Assembly (NCBI GenBank): GCA_049515615.1
Contig: JBEKTX010000001.1
Coordinates: 1 to 46,899 of the forward strand
Length of the DNA: 46,899 nt
Direction of reading: 5' to 3'
Source of the DNA: Spirochaetia bacterium
GTDB taxonomy: Bacteria; Spirochaetota; Spirochaetia; SZUA-6; Fen-1364
Part shown: positions 44,914-46,899 of the stretch, in pieces
Numbering within the stretch: position 1 is the stretch's first letter
Layout of the letters: each line of letters starts with the position of its first letter
Notes under the pieces: generated by a model
What the model was told of the DNA's origin: nothing
The model's input: only the letters and a program-made list of their open reading frames with translations
The model's database searches: none
Position numbers and translations under genes: made by a program

Positions 44914-46008
44914 TTACACGTACTCCGGGCCGTATTTCTCAGAGGCGAGCGTGTAGAGCCTCTTCAGGTCATCAGCCTTGTCCTTACGGCAGACCAGTGT
45001 CGCATTTGGTGTATGGACGATCACCATGTCCTCGCACCCGAACACGGCGATGAGGTGCCCGGGATCGCTTGAGACCACGAGCGTCCCCTTCGTCTCCAGG
45101 AGAAGGCGCTTCTCCGCCGCGAGCCTGTTGCCCTCATCGTCCATCGGACAAGTCTCCGCAAAGGCGGGCCAGGACCCGATGTCCTTCCATGAAAGTGCCA
45201 TGGGGACCGCCGCGACTTTCACCCCCGGGTCCCGGGAAGCTCTCTCCATGACCGCGAAATCCACGCTGATCTTCTTCAGCGTGGGGTACACGAGACCGAT
45301 CACCGCGTCGAACCCGGGTTCGCCCCACCCATCCACGATCCTGCGCACACCGTCGAACACGGCGGGCTCGTACCGTTTCACGCAGTCCAGGAAGGCCTCC
45401 GCTTTCCAGACGAACATCCCGCTGTTCCAAAGGTAGCGCTCAGGCCCCTCCGCCACCCAGCGCTCCGCGGTGGCCGCATCCGGCTTTTCCCTGAACTCCT
45501 CCACGGCGCGCGCGTATCCAAGGAAGGGCTCTCCCAGCCGAAGGTAGCCGAAGCCGGTTGCCGCGCTGGTCGGGGCGATTCCGAATGTCACCAGCACGCC
45601 GGGCCCGGATTCCGCAGTGTCGAAACCACGGCTCACCACCTCGCGGAAGGTATCAGGGGGCTCGATGAGATGGTCCGCTGTAAGCACGACGATCGTCGCC
45701 TCTCTGTCAACGCGAGCGATGACCGCGGACGCGAATGCCAGCGCGACGAGGGTGTCCCTGCCGACAGGCTCACCGAGGTAACGGTCCGCACGGAGGTCCG
45801 GGAGCGCGGCGCAGACCGCGGTACGGTGCGCCTCAGCGGCGCAGACCCAGCGCCGCTCCGGCGGCACCAGCCCGTCCAGTCTCTGGAACGCGAGGCCGAG
45901 GAGGCTTTTCCCCTTCATGAGGGGGAGGAGCTGTTTGGGAACCCGGCTCCTGCTCATGGGCCACAGCCGCGTCCCCGACCCCCCGGCCAGAATCACTGCA
46001 TGTTTCAT
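44914..46008 (-). CDS. manC: mannose-1-phosphate guanylyltransferase
   Basis: ATG at 46008 (MKHAVILAGGSGTRLWPMSRSRVPKQLLPL). Nucleotidyl-transferase fold. About 364 aa, with no C-terminal PMI/cupin domain. Confidence 0.9.
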   Translation of the reverse strand: MKHAVILAGGSGTRLWPMSRSRVPKQLLPLMKGKSLLGLAFQRLDGLVPPERRWVCAAEAHRTAVCAALPDLRADRYLGEPVGRDTLVALAFASAVIARVDREATIVVLTADHLIEPPDTFREVVSRGFDTAESGPGVLVTFGIAPTSAATGFGYLRLGEPFLGYARAVEEFREKPDAATAERWVAEGPERYLWNSGMFVWKAEAFLDCVKRYEPAVFDGVRRIVDGWGEPGFDAVIGLVYPTLKKISVDFAVMERASRDPGVKVAAVPMALSWKDIGSWPAFAETCPMDDEGNRLAAEKRLLLETKGTLVVSSDPGHLIAVFGCEDMVIVHTPNATLVCRKDKADDLKRLYTLASEKYGPEYV

Positions 46009-46666
46009 CGCGCGAAAGCATACCCGCGGCGCCGCGGGCTGTACACCAGGCGAGATACCGTTGGACATCGGCGCTCGTATTGATGTTCCAGAACATGCCC
46101 CAGTCCGGGCTGAAGATCCGGGCATCCTCTTCCGGGACAAAATGCGCATATTCACGGCTCCTCAGGAACAGGCCGACGCTCCGAGAGCCCTTCGCAAGCA
46201 TTGCTCCGATCTCGGGCGCGCACCGGGCGGAGAAGAACGAGTTGAACGGCTCGATGTGGTTCTCACCATTCCGTGTTGCCAGAGCGTCGAGCGGGCCCGC
46301 TTCAAGCAGGCGCATCATCCACGCGATGTACGCGAGGTTCGTCTGCGGCATGTCGCCCGCCGTCACGTACACATGATCACTGGTCGAATGGCGCAGGGCC
46401 GTGAAAATGCCGGCGAGGGGACCGGCGTCTTTCACAATGTCCTCGACGACTACGTAGCTGGTATCGGCATAGAGATCCGGCCTGCCCGTCACGATGATGA
46501 TTTCCCGAAACAGCGTTTCCAGCCTCCGGGCAATCGCCCTGGGCAGTGTCGTTCCGTCGGCGGGCAGAAGCTGCTTGTCGAATCCGGCCCTCTGGCTTTT
46601 CCCCCCGCACAGTATGACGGCTGTATCTGCGAACGACATGCCCTTGCCTTCCCTCAGCCTTTTCAT
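45833..46666 (-). CDS. mobA: molybdenum cofactor guanylyltransferase (MobA-like) with an unusual C-terminal extension
   Basis: AVILCGGKSQRAGFDKQLL...GPLAGIFTAL...YVTAGDMP...NINTSADV. The start is ATG 46666 (ATGA overlap with the upstream stop) or ATG 46639. The frame stays open about 70 codons beyond the MobA-like region and overlaps manC by 176 nt. Confidence 0.7.
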   Translation of the reverse strand: MKRLREGKGMSFADTAVILCGGKSQRAGFDKQLLPADGTTLPRAIARRLETLFREIIIVTGRPDLYADTSYVVVEDIVKDAGPLAGIFTALRHSTSDHVYVTAGDMPQTNLAYIAWMMRLLEAGPLDALATRNGENHIEPFNSFFSARCAPEIGAMLAKGSRSVGLFLRSREYAHFVPEEDARIFSPDWGMFWNINTSADVQRYLAWCTARGAAGMLSRDETCSDSGRGVGDAAVAHEQEPGSQTAPPPHEGEKPPRPRVPETGRAGAAGAALGLRR

Positions 46667-46899
46667 CCGCGTGCCACTTCGACGGCGACCGCGTGCATGA
46701 TGCAGGAGTTGTCGGGTCCGGTGCCTTTCGTAGAGGAGAGAATGTTGGCCGATCCCGCCCTGTCCACGCCCCTGTCGTCGAGCTCGAACCAGATGCCCTC
46801 GTCCAGGGAGACTGACCCGGGCATGATGTCCTCCGATACCCGCACCCGGACAATAACCTCTCCGCGCCCGTTGAAAAGCCTCGCCTCCCCGCCTTGATC
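46663..46899 (-). CDS. molybdopterin oxidoreductase, C-terminal molybdopterin-dinucleotide-binding domain only (5' part outside window)
   Basis: Translation from the window edge: DQGGEARLFNGRGEVIVRVRVSEDIMPGSVSLDEGIWFELDDRGVDRAGSANILSSTKGTGPDNSCIMHAVAVEVARG. This is typical of the last domain of DMSO-reductase-family enzymes. Confidence 0.7.
   Translation of the reverse strand, partial: DQGGEARLFNGRGEVIVRVRVSEDIMPGSVSLDEGIWFELDDRGVDRAGSANILSSTKGTGPDNSCIMHAVAVEVARG

Overview
GC-rich bacterial chromosomal window, well above 60% GC by eye (not computed). It holds about 45 tightly packed protein genes, and many neighbours are joined by 4-nt ATGA stop/start overlaps. I saw no rRNA, tRNA, CRISPR array, transposase, integrase or phage gene.

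Gene content, left to right:
- A truncated acyl-CoA synthetase (missing from the ORF track because it has no stop in the window) and a lipoprotein.
- A RACo-like 2Fe-2S/ASKHA ATPase carrying a perfect in-frame 27-bp tandem repeat.
- A degenerate SDR-like gene and nadE, transcribed divergently across a 25-bp x3 tandem repeat.
- A 691-aa orphan protein with a short Gly-X-Y repeat.
- radA, then pterin-4a-carbinolamine dehydratase and an AIM24-family protein.
- An arabinan/pentose cluster: GH51 arabinofuranosidase, araA, a TIM-barrel isomerase, two Zn-dependent dehydrogenases and an Rpe/AlsE-like epimerase.
- Two soluble PAS histidine kinases.
- Nucleoside hydrolase, an OmpA-family protein and a Nudix hydrolase.
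- An SPL-like radical-SAM gene.
- A KamA / ATP-grasp / GNAT / small membrane protein operon.
- hflX, a ~900-aa GGDEF protein and a second GNAT.
- A sigma-54-type promoter in front of an APC permease fused to a P-II domain, followed by a free P-II gene and a terminator.
- A lower-GC orphan gene.
- GH18, M15 peptidase, DUF72 and NHL-repeat genes.
- A PMM-PMI fusion, manC, mobA and the 3' end of a molybdopterin oxidoreductase.

The two best candidates for uncharacterised biology are the sigma-54 / permease-P-II / P-II module and the KamA / ATP-grasp / GNAT / membrane-protein operon. No classical defence or mobile system is visible. Many long ORFs in the supplied track are antisense shadow ORFs typical of GC-rich DNA. 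The track also codes GTG/TTG starts as M, so several true starts lie internal to the listed ORFs.
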